A stretch of 63,055 nucleotides of DNA from Corallochytrium limacisporum Hawaii (Eukaryota > Protista > Pluriformea), in contig PDIP01000009.1 in NCBI GenBank assembly GCA_002811645.1, positions 134,150-197,204 on the forward strand, written 5' to 3'. Under the pieces are notes generated by a model. It was not told the origin of the DNA, made no database searches, and saw only the letters and a program-made list of their open reading frames with translations. Made by a program: the position numbers and the translations under genes. Of the stretch, positions 42,130-53,100 are shown one piece after another; the stretch's first letter is position 1; every line of letters begins with the position of its first letter.

Positions 42130-44277
42130 ATGCCACCTGGAAAGAGCCGAACACGAAACAGACTCAAGCAACCTACCCCACAAAACAACGAGTCAGACGT
42201 CAAGAGCGTGATATCCAATCTCATCTCAGAGATTGTGGAAACAAACAAGGACGTCACAGACACAGCTCAACTAAAACGGCTAAAGAAGCTTGTCAAGAAC
42301 AACGATCGGAATGTTGAGATCGTGTACGACTGTTTTCAGGACCATTTGAAAGAGAACGACTCATCGGTTAGGCTGCGATGTGTGGAGCTGTGCAATTACA
42401 TGTTCACACGCTCACACGTCTGGCGCGTGAAATTAACTGATGACTTCCAATCGTTTATTGATTTGTGCGTCGGGCTCGACCAGAACTCCAAGAGACCTGG
42501 CCCGGCGGCGGAGTCAGAGAAGCTTTTGACAGAGACACTGAAAGCAATCCGCGAGTGGGACGGACGGTTTGGCTTTGCATACAAAAAACTCCATTTGGGC
42601 TACAAGTTTCTCAAGGACAGTCGCAAGGTGGACTTTGCTCGACTCGAACTCACCTCAGACGCGGACGTGCGGCAGCGGAATATCGACCGCGCGGAGGAGG
42701 AACGACGGGCTTACCATCGCTTTGTGGCAGTGCAGGCGGAATGGTTGGAGAATGAGGCTGAAATTATGGAGATGTTGGGCAAGATTGAGACAGGTCTGGA
42801 CCTGCTACGAGAACAACAGTGTCAGGCACAGCCGTCGTCATCGTCACAACCCCGGGCATCGTCCTCGGCCCCTGCGACATTCGGCGGTAGGGTTACAAAG
42901 GAACCATTACTGAACGTCCGTGAGACGGTGGAGAACACAGACATCCTTGATGAAATCCGGGACGGCTATAAAGCCATGGATCACAAATGGCGCCGTTGGA
43001 TCGACCGGCGTATTCAGCAGCTGCTTGCACCCTCGTCGTTGAGTGCGAGTGACGCCGCAATTAAGGATCGATACCTGCAAACGATAATTGATGTCAAGGA
43101 TCGCGTGTACCGAGCAATGCAAGAGCTCAAAGCTACAGGCATCGCCCTTGAAATGAAAGAAAAAGTCTTGCTTGGAGGTGGTGACGGCAATGACGTAGAA
43201 GGCGTAGACGGTGACGATGACGATGAATTTGAAGAAGTCGATATGGACGAAGAAGTCACTGCGGACACTGGAGCAGAAACACATTCATCATCAGGACCGT
43301 CACGAGCACAGCCACGCAGTACCCCGAACACAGAAGTACTGTCGTCATACCCGAAAAAGACAGAAGCAAAAACGGCCAACAGGCAGGCTGTCATGGAAGC
43401 GAAACTGGATCCGAGTGCCAATACTCGTTTCGAAGCACTGCGAAAGGCTTTGGACGCAGAACCGGCGCCAGTGCAAGCTGAGGGCGAAATAACAGCTCCG
43501 GTCGCCAAAAGTGGTGGAGACGAACAGCAACAAAATGAGGAATACGGCAACGACCTGAAGGCAAGCGCTCCGGTAGTACCCTTTAGCACCGACCTGCAGA
43601 ATTGGGAGCAGACGACTCTCGAAAACACTGTTCGGCAAACGCGCTGGTACGGACGTGAGGATGATGCTGAGGTAGAGCTTTCCAAGGATGCAGTCAGCGA
43701 CATGATCCATACGCGTCGCATAGCGTACCAACATCCGTCCATGACCCGCGTGATCAAAGCCTGTAGGCATCCGATTGCTGGCGGCAAGCTTTGCCCGCGG
43801 CGTGATCGCATTGCTTGCCCTTTCCATGGTCCAATCATTCCCCGGGACGAGGAAGGAAATCCGGTCGACACTGCTGGTGGCGATAGTGACAGATCAGAAC
43901 GCAAGAAAGGCAAAGGGAAAGCACTCACTGCGTCTTCATCTTCCACAGACTGGCGCACCCTCGAAGCAGACGTCACCGAGGCATTGGGAGATCCGAAAAA
44001 GAAAGGCAAGCGACGAATTGTCATAAACGCCGACGGCACTGGTGTGGTCGAGGAGCAGGGGCGAGAGCGAGCCGCTACTGCGGAGGAACTTAGGGAAGAG
44101 CGTAAGCGGCGTCGCAGAGAGGCTCAGAAGCGCAAGGAATCTGCTCCTGTTGCGGTGCTGAAACGGAAGCTTCTGAATCCGAGCGCCAACAAGCGCGCTC
44201 GGTTGGAGATGCAGCGCGCGGAACGGGCGGAAAATGCATCCAAATTTGACGACCACTGGCAGTACCGCTATAGATAA
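42130..44277 (+). CDS. UVSSA: UV-stimulated scaffold protein A
   Basis: N-terminal VHS-like region (LKRLKK, FTRSH.WR, L.LGYKFLK) and C-terminal C3H finger CRHP..GGKLCPRRDRIACPFHGPIIPRD. ATG at 42130. Confidence 0.92.
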   Translation: MPPGKSRTRNRLKQPTPQNNESDVKSVISNLISEIVETNKDVTDTAQLKRLKKLVKNNDRNVEIVYDCFQDHLKENDSSVRLRCVELCNYMFTRSHVWRVKLTDDFQSFIDLCVGLDQNSKRPGPAAESEKLLTETLKAIREWDGRFGFAYKKLHLGYKFLKDSRKVDFARLELTSDADVRQRNIDRAEEERRAYHRFVAVQAEWLENEAEIMEMLGKIETGLDLLREQQCQAQPSSSSQPRASSSAPATFGGRVTKEPLLNVRETVENTDILDEIRDGYKAMDHKWRRWIDRRIQQLLAPSSLSASDAAIKDRYLQTIIDVKDRVYRAMQELKATGIALEMKEKVLLGGGDGNDVEGVDGDDDDEFEEVDMDEEVTADTGAETHSSSGPSRAQPRSTPNTEVLSSYPKKTEAKTANRQAVMEAKLDPSANTRFEALRKALDAEPAPVQAEGEITAPVAKSGGDEQQQNEEYGNDLKASAPVVPFSTDLQNWEQTTLENTVRQTRWYGREDDAEVELSKDAVSDMIHTRRIAYQHPSMTRVIKACRHPIAGGKLCPRRDRIACPFHGPIIPRDEEGNPVDTAGGDSDRSERKKGKGKALTASSSSTDWRTLEADVTEALGDPKKKGKRRIVINADGTGVVEEQGRERAATAEELREERKRRRREAQKRKESAPVAVLKRKLLNPSANKRARLEMQRAERAENASKFDDHWQYRYR

Positions 44278-44371
44278 AAAAAAAAAGGGCTTCGACAAGA
44301 ATTCCGCATTAAAGAAACTTCATTGTTTATTGAGGCGCTTCCTCAGAGACGAGGAAACGCCTAAATCCACC

Positions 44372-45766
44372 TTAGGGCGATTGCATCATTTGCCTCGCGC
44401 GCCGCGATGCCAACCTTTCTCCACGAGTTCCTCGTGGTGCAATCTCGCCGAGGTCGTCGTCCGACGATGACCCGGCACCGTCGTCGGCGGCTGCCCTCTG
44501 GCCCTTCTTAGCAGCGACCAAGCGGTCTTCATTCAGACCACGCATAGCACGACGCTTTTTCTTGGCGAGGTAATCACCGACCTCATCTTCGTCGTCATCC
44601 ACATCCTCATCGCTATCCAAGTAGTCTGCGCTGACATCCTGGAAACGTGTTTCTTGCAGCATGCGGTTTCGGGTGTTCTCGCGCTTTCGGCTGGCCCTTT
44701 CCTTCATCTTCTCCTGCTTCATTGCGTTCATCATGTCCTCATGCGGGTCAAAATCACCGCCTACCATGACCTGTACCTTGGCCTTGGCAGTTGGGTTTGA
44801 CCGATCGGCCAACATTGCGGAGAGGTTTCGCTTGCTCGGCCCATCTCGCGCCTGCCGGGCCACCCTGCCACGCTCCTTCATGGGTGTTCGACTGAGCTTC
44901 GATGTGATCGGACGGATGTTCATACGCTCTCGCAGGACTCGCTGTCCAAGCCAGGCGTTTCCACTCGTCTTGAAAAAGAGCTGTGTACTGTCGTCGCCGC
45001 GAACCCGCTGTCGGTCGACTGCAAGGTATTCGTTACCAATCTTCAGATGCATGCTACCGTCCTCCCAAGTAACGAGCCGGGCGTTGCTGACCTTCTCGTC
45101 TGGGTCACTCTCATTGTTTGCCTTGCGCAACTGCCAGCGGATGGTCAGAGATAGACGACGGTAGAGTTCCGCTTCGGTGAGGTCAGGTCCTTCCAAGGCC
45201 TCAAATTTGTCGCTTTCGAACGGACGATGCTGGATTTCCATAAAATCAGGTAGACGGCAATAGTACATGGCATCTTTGAGGGGAATTTGTACCAAAGGCA
45301 GCGTCATGTCAATAGTCTTCTCCTCAATATGGGCCATGTGATGGCCCGAGTAGTCTGCACCAGCCTGCGCGTGACTGGTAAAGAACTCGTTGTCGGAAGA
45401 GTCACTACTGGCGCCTAAATCGTCATGCACGGTTGATGCCCGTCGTTCGACGTCCTTGTCCTTGTTTTCGTCATCACCACTGTCAATTTCAGCCCGCTTG
45501 TCTTTGTCTTCTTCATTGTCACCCGCGGCTGCGTCGTTTTCGTCGTCTGACTCGGAGTCGGATCCGAAGAACTCTTTGTGTGCGTCCACAGCGTCATCAT
45601 TGCCATTTTCGTCGCCAGCTGGTGCTTCGCCTTCAGCTGTCTCTTTGTCTGCTCCCTCAGTGGTGGTAGGACCCCGGATTACTTCCTCATCGTCATCGTC
45701 ATCTCCGAACATGTTCTGTAGTGGCGAGTTCTCCTGAGGAGGGGTTTCCTCTGGATTGTTTGACAT
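44372..45766 (-). CDS. LEO1: PAF1 complex subunit LEO1
   Basis: Acidic N-terminus, LP.F..I..RPF, TIRW, SNARLVTWEDGSMHLKIGNE. Likely ATG at 45766. Confidence 0.92.
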   Translation of the reverse strand: MSNNPEETPPQENSPLQNMFGDDDDDEEVIRGPTTTEGADKETAEGEAPAGDENGNDDAVDAHKEFFGSDSESDDENDAAAGDNEEDKDKRAEIDSGDDENKDKDVERRASTVHDDLGASSDSSDNEFFTSHAQAGADYSGHHMAHIEEKTIDMTLPLVQIPLKDAMYYCRLPDFMEIQHRPFESDKFEALEGPDLTEAELYRRLSLTIRWQLRKANNESDPDEKVSNARLVTWEDGSMHLKIGNEYLAVDRQRVRGDDSTQLFFKTSGNAWLGQRVLRERMNIRPITSKLSRTPMKERGRVARQARDGPSKRNLSAMLADRSNPTAKAKVQVMVGGDFDPHEDMMNAMKQEKMKERASRKRENTRNRMLQETRFQDVSADYLDSDEDVDDDEDEVGDYLAKKKRRAMRGLNEDRLVAAKKGQRAAADDGAGSSSDDDLGEIAPRGTRGERLASRRARQMMQSP

Positions 45767-46717
45767 TATTTTGTTTTGAATTTTATGTTTGTGGACTATC
45801 GCGTTTTTCTTTAACTTATACCCATGTAGTAGAAGATTTACATGTTCGTGTATTCCTTCCAAGCCAATATTCCAATGCTATGTACGATGGTTCACAGGTT
45901 TACTGACACGAACAGCTTTTTACTGCAGTGGACCTGATTCACCAGAGTATTGTTTTGCGTCATTGTTCGGAAATACCACACTGTATCACATGCAACACAA
46001 ACCAAAAAGAAAACCACTCTGTCTTGTCGCCGTTACCCAGTTCTTCGTAAGAACGCGGAAAAACTGTAGGAACCAAGTGGAAAAGGGAAAACAGTTCAAG
46101 AGGAACTCATTCCATGCCGCGAGCCAGGGCGCTACTTGACAGTTCAACTCGCTCCGCCCGCTCAGCCTTCCCTCACCCCGCCGCTTGTCCCTACCTCCCG
46201 CCTTTGGAGCTCTCAGGAGAGTTTTTTAGCTCCAGCCGGGCAGAGAGACCACACGCGGAGCCCAGGGACTGTGCGGAGTGAGGGAGAGCGGGGGGAGGAA
46301 ACGGGTGAAGCGCAGCTGGCTCAGGAAGGGCGATCTGAGTGCACACCTTCCACCGCCGAGAGCCTGGTACATGCATTGCTCGGTTATGAGCCATGCATAC
46401 ACTGTCCCGCAGTTCGGTCATTGAAACATAGGTCACCTACGAGTACGGTACGGTGAAAGGGTCGAACGATTGATTACACGATATTCAGAGCAATAGATAA
46501 GGCAGAGGCATTGGTCTGCAATGCTACTGGCCAGGCTCCACGGGCCTATCGGATGAGAGAGTTGTAGAGTGGACGATGTTTTAATGTTTTATCTTGACGC
46601 TACCCTGCTAACGCGACTATTTTGACATCCAATCAGGGTAGCTGGATACTAAGGCTTTGATATCCCGAGGAACCCCTCCCGAACTATGTGTTTTAAAACT
46701 TATTTCCCATTGATGAT

Positions 46718-47167
46718 TTACTGGGCCTCCTTCATTTTCTCAGCCTGCTCTTGCAGCTTTTTGAAGTATTTTTTGGAGGCCTGATCCTCAGGGTAAACAG
46801 ACTTCTCCATGGCAGCGTAGGCGAAGAAGAAGGCACCCAGACCGAGGCTCATAGTGACGGAGAGTTGCAAACTTCCCTTTGTTGCCCCCGCTGCAGCTGC
46901 ACCTACCATGGCTGCAGGGACATAGTTATAAGAGTCATCTTTTCCGCGGATCATGGAACCAGCGGCCTTGCCCATACCAAATGCCATTCCAATAAGTCCG
47001 AACATAACGGTCCGTGAGCCAATCACAGAGACTGTGTGTCTGAGCTGAGGCAGGGTAGAGTCCTGGACCTGAGGTTTGGCATCCCAGGCAGCTTGAAGTG
47101 TTCCCAGCACAGCGCCACCAAGCAGGCCAGCTTGGCCATTCTGTGCAATATCGTTCATAGCACCCAT
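46718..47167 (-). CDS. NDUFA11: Tim17-family protein, probably complex I subunit NDUFA11 (B14.7)
   Basis: Gly-rich TM helices and the Tim17-family motif IRGKDDSYN. G.L.AAW...P.V....LP.L..T resembles the plant/protist B14.7 pattern. Confidence 0.7.
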   Translation of the reverse strand: MGAMNDIAQNGQAGLLGGAVLGTLQAAWDAKPQVQDSTLPQLRHTVSVIGSRTVMFGLIGMAFGMGKAAGSMIRGKDDSYNYVPAAMVGAAAAGATKGSLQLSVTMSLGLGAFFFAYAAMEKSVYPEDQASKKYFKKLQEQAEKMKEAQ

Positions 47168-49291
47168 GATTAGTTTACTCTATCCTATTGAACAAACGCC
47201 TCCTGAGCGACGACAAGCTAGCATAAACAAAAAGAGTCGTGTTTTAGTATTGGAATCACAATCACCACATTTTATACCCCGTCTGAGGGTGTTTTATCAA
47301 TGCAATAAGTTGACTATAAGGAGCAAATGGGTAATGTGCATCTGAGGGCCCACAAACCAGCGCGGACCGCCATGACGCCTACAACAGCGCTCAAACCACT
47401 GGCTCTTCAGACTGTGGTGGGCCACCGTTCCTGTGTTTGTACCGTGGTCTGTGTCGCGGGGTGTATGTGTATGGTTGCTCTATAGGCCTGGTGTGTGCCC
47501 AACTGACTGATAACAAAGCGAGTGCACCAAACTGGCCAAGGTGCCATATATACAAGCCACTGGTGGCTGGAGCGACTGACTAGTCGTCGCCAATACAGTT
47601 TCTATCCTAAGGTGGGGGCATGTGGGAAATGATTTGGGGATATTTACGTACTGGCGAAGTAAGGTGGAGGGTAAACAATTTCCGGATTGTTTTTCATCAG
47701 TCGTGTGCAGCACTTTCAGTATGGGAGCTGAACAGTTGCTTGTGCTCACCGCTGGGAGTCGCCACTCTCATAAGCCATCCATAGACACCCCAGGCCGGTC
47801 CAAGGTGATATTATATACTGACTATCTTAAATTTGATTGAGTTGCTAGCGATTCTGTTTACTAAATGTACTGCGTCGGGTGGACACGGAGAGAGGCGTGT
47901 CTCTTTAATTCGGAGTCACAGCGACATAAAGCACAGAAAAAAGGCAATATATTTCAAAATATATTTCAAATATTTTGAATATTCAAATATGCAGCTCCGT
48001 TCGGGTCCCTTGCGGGTCCCGGCCCTCAAGGTACAAATATCGCGGCGCACCTCTTGTGCGCCACCTTTTGCAGGGCACCTCGTATACTCCAGACGACGAC
48101 AAAATGACACACAGCCGCCAAGTTGTGGACACGCCTTTTTTGCATTAGCCGGCGCCAAAAGAACTGATCGAAACGGGCAGGTTAAATGATGTTCTGATTC
48201 TCTCCATGATGTGATTGTTTGCCAGCAAATGGCTATTGCTTGATCATTTTGTTGGTGATGGGATAGACCACAGCGGATTCTGTTCCATTTGGTGCTTGCA
48301 CCAACTCGGGGCATATGGGTGCTTGCGTAGCCCCCAGTGCTTCGTTCAGTGGCCTGTTTAGACAGCGCAGGCCTTGCTTGCTGGGGTATCCTGCAGTTGT
48401 CGACCTCGGCTTGATGATGATGATGATGCAAGATAAGCTTTCCCTTCTACCAATCTGAGATAAAGCAGGAGGACACAAGCAGGGGAAAACAAGACGCAAA
48501 GGGCATTCCATCGTCATTGATTATGTATTAAGGTTTGCGAGTGCGCTACATTTCGATATTGATTCTGTCAGCAATTGTCCCGCAGCACCCGGGGGAGGGA
48601 TGGGGGGGGGGGGAGAACAGCATCCTCAGTCTTCTGTTTACAAAATTCTGTGGCGCGGCTTGTGGCGCTTATCCCAGTCGTTTCATCCTTAAAATCTTCA
48701 GTTATCTTTATTCCATTTCATACTCGCCGGCACATTCAAATACCTCGACTTCCTGCGAGCGCTTCTACCTAAAGCTCTGACATATGCCATTTGGTTATGC
48801 GAAGAGGGTTGCCTTCATGGAGTGCGAACTTTGCAGTTCAAATGTATAGTACTTGTAGGCATTCCTCTCAGGATGACGCGACAAGCGCAACCATCGTCAT
48901 CTTAGAAACAATTTTAGAACTAAATGATGACCCTCACATCCATCGTTCTAACCTGCGTCGATATGAGCAAGATCTTTCTCAGCATCTCTTTCTGCTCTAC
49001 CGTTTACTCGTCCGACCCCGCAAAATCCTACCGTCGTATTGGCCCACAGGCAGAAAAGTGGACATAGCACTTGGACCACAGGAAGGTAGGATTTGCGCTT
49101 GGGGGGGGGGGGAAGACATTGAATGCAATGGACGATATATAGATTTTATATTTATGTATGTGTGCGATCATGATGGATGACGAAGACGCTAGTCAACTGG
49201 GACAACAACGCTCTTCGCTGTGTGTATGTGTGTGTGTGTTTGATGCTTCATGGTGGAAGTGGTTTTTTGATTAATAGCAGGCACCTGTGTC

Positions 49292-50107
49292 TCATTGTTG
49301 GTTCATATCCGGGCGAATTGCGGCATTGACAGCATCATGTTGTGCCTTGAAATGGATGAACTCATGAGCAGAACAGTGCTCTGACCGGGCGAACGACAGA
49401 GAGCAGACACGGCATTTGAAAGGCTTTTCATTGGTGTGGCTGCGGTGATGACGGGTCAGTTGATCAGAGCGCACAAAGCGCTCATTGCAGTCGGGAAACT
49501 TGCACTGGTAAATCTTCTCACCTGTATGGGTGCGGATGTGGGCCTTCAGATGAGGCTTCCGCATGTACGTCTTGTTGCAGCCAGGCCAGTTGCAAGCGAA
49601 CGGCCGCTTGGTGGTGTCAGAGACGTTCTGACGACGGCGACGAGGCAGCGGGAAGGTCACCGGGAGAGAGGGTGCCGGTTTGCTGCTGGGCAGTTGCATA
49701 ACAGGGGCAGGGTTCATGGTTGGCATAATAGGCATATTGGACATCATCATGTTGCTGTAGTACATTTGGTGTTTGCTCATGAGCATAAGATCAGCACGTT
49801 CGTGATGCCAGTCCTGACCAATGTAATCATGGGCCAGAGGGCGGGGCTCCATGACACGTCCAGCACCGTAGATCATGTCCGCGGGGCTCGGCCCATTGGG
49901 ATGTGCAACAGGTAGAGTGGCGTCAGGGGCACTCATCACACTGTTGTGAGAGGGAGGCAGAGATGCCTCACTGGACAGATCAACGGAAACAATGTCGTTG
50001 GTAACTTCGGAGAAGCTAGTGTGTGTGCCATCGTCAATGTAGGTGGACGGGCGGTAGTAGTTCATCTGCTGAAAGGAGGTCATGGGTAATGTCGAGCCGG
50101 TATACAT
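49292..50107 (-). CDS. KLF: KLF/SP/WT1-type C2H2 zinc-finger transcription factor (three C-terminal fingers)
   Basis: [10 protein letters not shown]...[49 protein letters not shown]...H. C-x4-C / C-x4-C / C-x2-C spacing; basic RRRR before the fingers; Met/Pro/Ser-rich N-terminal region. ATG at 50107. Confidence 0.9.
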   Translation of the reverse strand: MYTGSTLPMTSFQQMNYYRPSTYIDDGTHTSFSEVTNDIVSVDLSSEASLPPSHNSVMSAPDATLPVAHPNGPSPADMIYGAGRVMEPRPLAHDYIGQDWHHERADLMLMSKHQMYYSNMMMSNMPIMPTMNPAPVMQLPSSKPAPSLPVTFPLPRRRRQNVSDTTKRPFACNWPGCNKTYMRKPHLKAHIRTHTGEKIYQCKFPDCNERFVRSDQLTRHHRSHTNEKPFKCRVCSLSFARSEHCSAHEFIHFKAQHDAVNAAIRPDMNQQ

Positions 50108-53100
50108 GAGATTCAAATACAGTGATTCGTTATTTGCTATCTACTCGATCCGCGCGGTCAACTTCAAATACCCAAGAAGTATATGAAGCAGTGTAAATGT
50201 AAGGTTCGTACAGCACAGTGTCCTTCATTACAACCACTGGTATCGTCAGCCGAAAGTGCCGAACCTGCTACCAAATCCAGCAATCCAATTCTCAAAGAGG
50301 GTGGAGGGATAACGAGAGTGTGAGTCTGCCAGCTTAATCATACTTCGAATGGCAACCCACGGTATCCACCGCCCGCCAATACTGAATATACTGGAGTTTG
50401 TGGCCCTACCGCCCGATTTTCGTACTTTGGTTCGAATCTCTCTCGTGCCTCCTCCTCCTCCAGGGTGTGTTGTTACACAAGTCTTGTGACCCTCTTTCCC
50501 TTCCCTCCCATTTTTCCTTCGCTTCACTCTCTCCCCCCCCCCTTTCTCCCCCCCCTCGCGTTTTCTTTAAACTTTGTTCGCGCGCTCCTCTCGTCCCAAA
50601 ATTGGGGGGTCCCGGTCAAAAACTGTGGGGGCGGTCCAGCGAGTGAGCGAGACATTGGAGAGACTAGAGGATTTCTGTGGCCAAGGGAGGGGTACGGGGC
50701 TCAACTAAGCTAAGGTACACCAAAACCACACCACCCAGGACGATCCGTGGGGAGGAGGGAAAGGGGGTCAGCCTAAACCGTTTGGATGCTTTCCATTGTT
50801 TGTACCTACCCATTACGATGTCAAATCGCTTGTTGTCCTCTTGTCCTCGCCCGTATTACTCCAGCGGCAGGATGCTTGCCATAGTCATTGTTGTTGTCAA
50901 CCTACGCCGGTATCCATCCTCCCTCCCTCCCTCCCTTCTCCCCTCTTTCCCCCTTCCTGCCCCACAACCAGATCCATCGCCTGTTGTCTGAACCTCTCGC
51001 TCTCCTACTCTTAGCCACCAGTTACCACACCTCTCGCTCTCTCTCTCGCTCTGCTCCTCCGCTCCCCCCCGGGGGGGGGGGGGAGAGGGGGCGCCTGACA
51101 CAGACCCCATCGATTTTGGGGGGTTTACTGGGGTAGGGGCCCCCGGCCTTTCCCAGCCCCTCCACGAAAACAAAAAAAAAAACAAAGAAAGGTAGAAAGT
51201 CTGACAAGGAGTGACGAAAAAGGGTTTTCCCAGCCATTATAAATACAATGGGTCAGCGCTTAAAATGTCGGGACCGTTCGCCACATGTGCACCCGTGTTG
51301 CCGTCTTCATTTGCCCCTAATTGCCTTTGGGACCCCTCCATTGTATTTTTGTGTGTGGCGATCGCGAGGCTCGCACGTGCAGCTCCAGAGCGGTGCTGGG
51401 GGCGTCGGTCGCAGCCCCCCCCTCCGCTCTCTCCCTCGGTAAAGCGGGCAATTTCTCAATTCGGTACATTTTGTATAGAAATTGTGACCTGTGCGGTATA
51501 CAAGACGAACGGGAGGATCGAGTACGTAGAAGTGGCGGCACCATCGAAGCAAATAGTGGGTATTCTCGTTTCAAAGCGAGGGATCTCTGTTTCAGCGGGC
51601 GTATCCTTTCTACGTTTAGGGTGAGCTACTGCCTGTGGCAATACTAAAGAAGGTACCCGGTACCTTGCCGAAATCAACCAGAAGCATTTTCACCACATAG
51701 ATCCCCCAATTCTCATCATTCTCCGGGCATCTGCATCATGGCCAAGCGGGCCCCTGGCCGGAACCGGCCCATTCAGTATACCGTGGTCAGAATTGTCGTC
51801 GGACTCTCTGACCAACATTGCACTCCTATGATCGGTGTTTAGATCTCGAAGTAACGCAGGGGAGACGAGGCAAGCGGGGCGACCCCCCCCCCGAGCCCCT
51901 TTTTTGATGGCTGGTGTTTTCCGGGCCTGCTAATCTCACGCAAAATCAACAGAAGTCCATTCAAATTCTATAGCAGCCATGCTACCGGGCGGTTGCGTAC
52001 GCAGACCGGATTTCATCGTCGAAGTCCTTTCCTCAGTTATCAACGAAAGTGCCTACCGCTCCGCTTAGATACGCAACCAAGTTTGGGCTTTTACGGGGGC
52101 ACTGCATCCGTACTTCTGTAGATGAAACATAGTCGCGAGCGCACTTTCACATTGAACATACTGAGTTTTGTAGGCTGTCCTCAACCGTTCGGAACGTTCC
52201 AAACCTTGCGAAAGGGGACTATACGAAGAACTGGTAAATTCACCCAAGGGTATGGCGTATACTCAATGTGTTCAAGCGAGCGGCATATTTCCTTCCTAGC
52301 ACGCATATGCTATCTTTGCTATCATTCAGACAAGGAGGCTTGTTGAAGTGAATTAGAAAAAATAGCGCAGAAGGTCCTATCATGTCTGTAGCATGCAGGT
52401 ACAAGCCGGTACAAGTGGTCGAAGCAAAAACCCTCCTTCCGCTCGAATGTGTACCACAGTCGAGGAAGCTCATGAAAACATCACAAGCCCTACTTGTGAG
52501 AGATGTTGCAACACGGTAAATATAGTCACTAAGAGCGCCAAGTACTAATTTACTACCTCCCTATCAGCCTGAAATCCAAACTACACGTCTGACTGGACAC
52601 CTGCTGGTTACAACACTGAATTCACCGATGCACGCGTATTCATGACATTACAAACGACCCGAAAGACTGAGGTAATCTTTCGCAGGACATGCCGGTGAAC
52701 CACAACAATGGAAAATCTTGCGATTTCATGAAAACCGAGAAAGGAAAAAAAGGAAGACAGCTGCATGTCTGTTTTGATGTCGAAACGTCTGGACGCCTAC
52801 TAGCGCCGAGACTACTAAATTAAAGGAAGCATTCTGTCAGATCACCCCAATCAAAACGTCCTGCCAAATAGAAAAAGAATCCGAACCTAGAAAAAGTAAA
52901 TGAGAACGTGGAGTTATTGCTGGGGAGGAGAAGGGGAAGGGGGGGGGGAAGGCAGCCAATTCTATAGGCTTATGTAAACGCAACAACAATATTTGTCTGG
53001 GCCCTGTACTGTGGAGTTATGGTAACGTAGGAGAGGGAGGAAAAAAGGGGGGGGGATAAGCACGGGTCTTGAGGATAAAGGCATAATCAAAAGTGGTAAA

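Noticed and set aside
47945-47992. AT-rich imperfect tandem/inverted repeat (ATATTTCAAA units)
   Set aside because: Short low-complexity sequence with no mobile-element ends or other support.
50428-50442. GGTTCGAATC T-loop-like motif
   Set aside because: The flanks do not pair and there is no tRNA fold.
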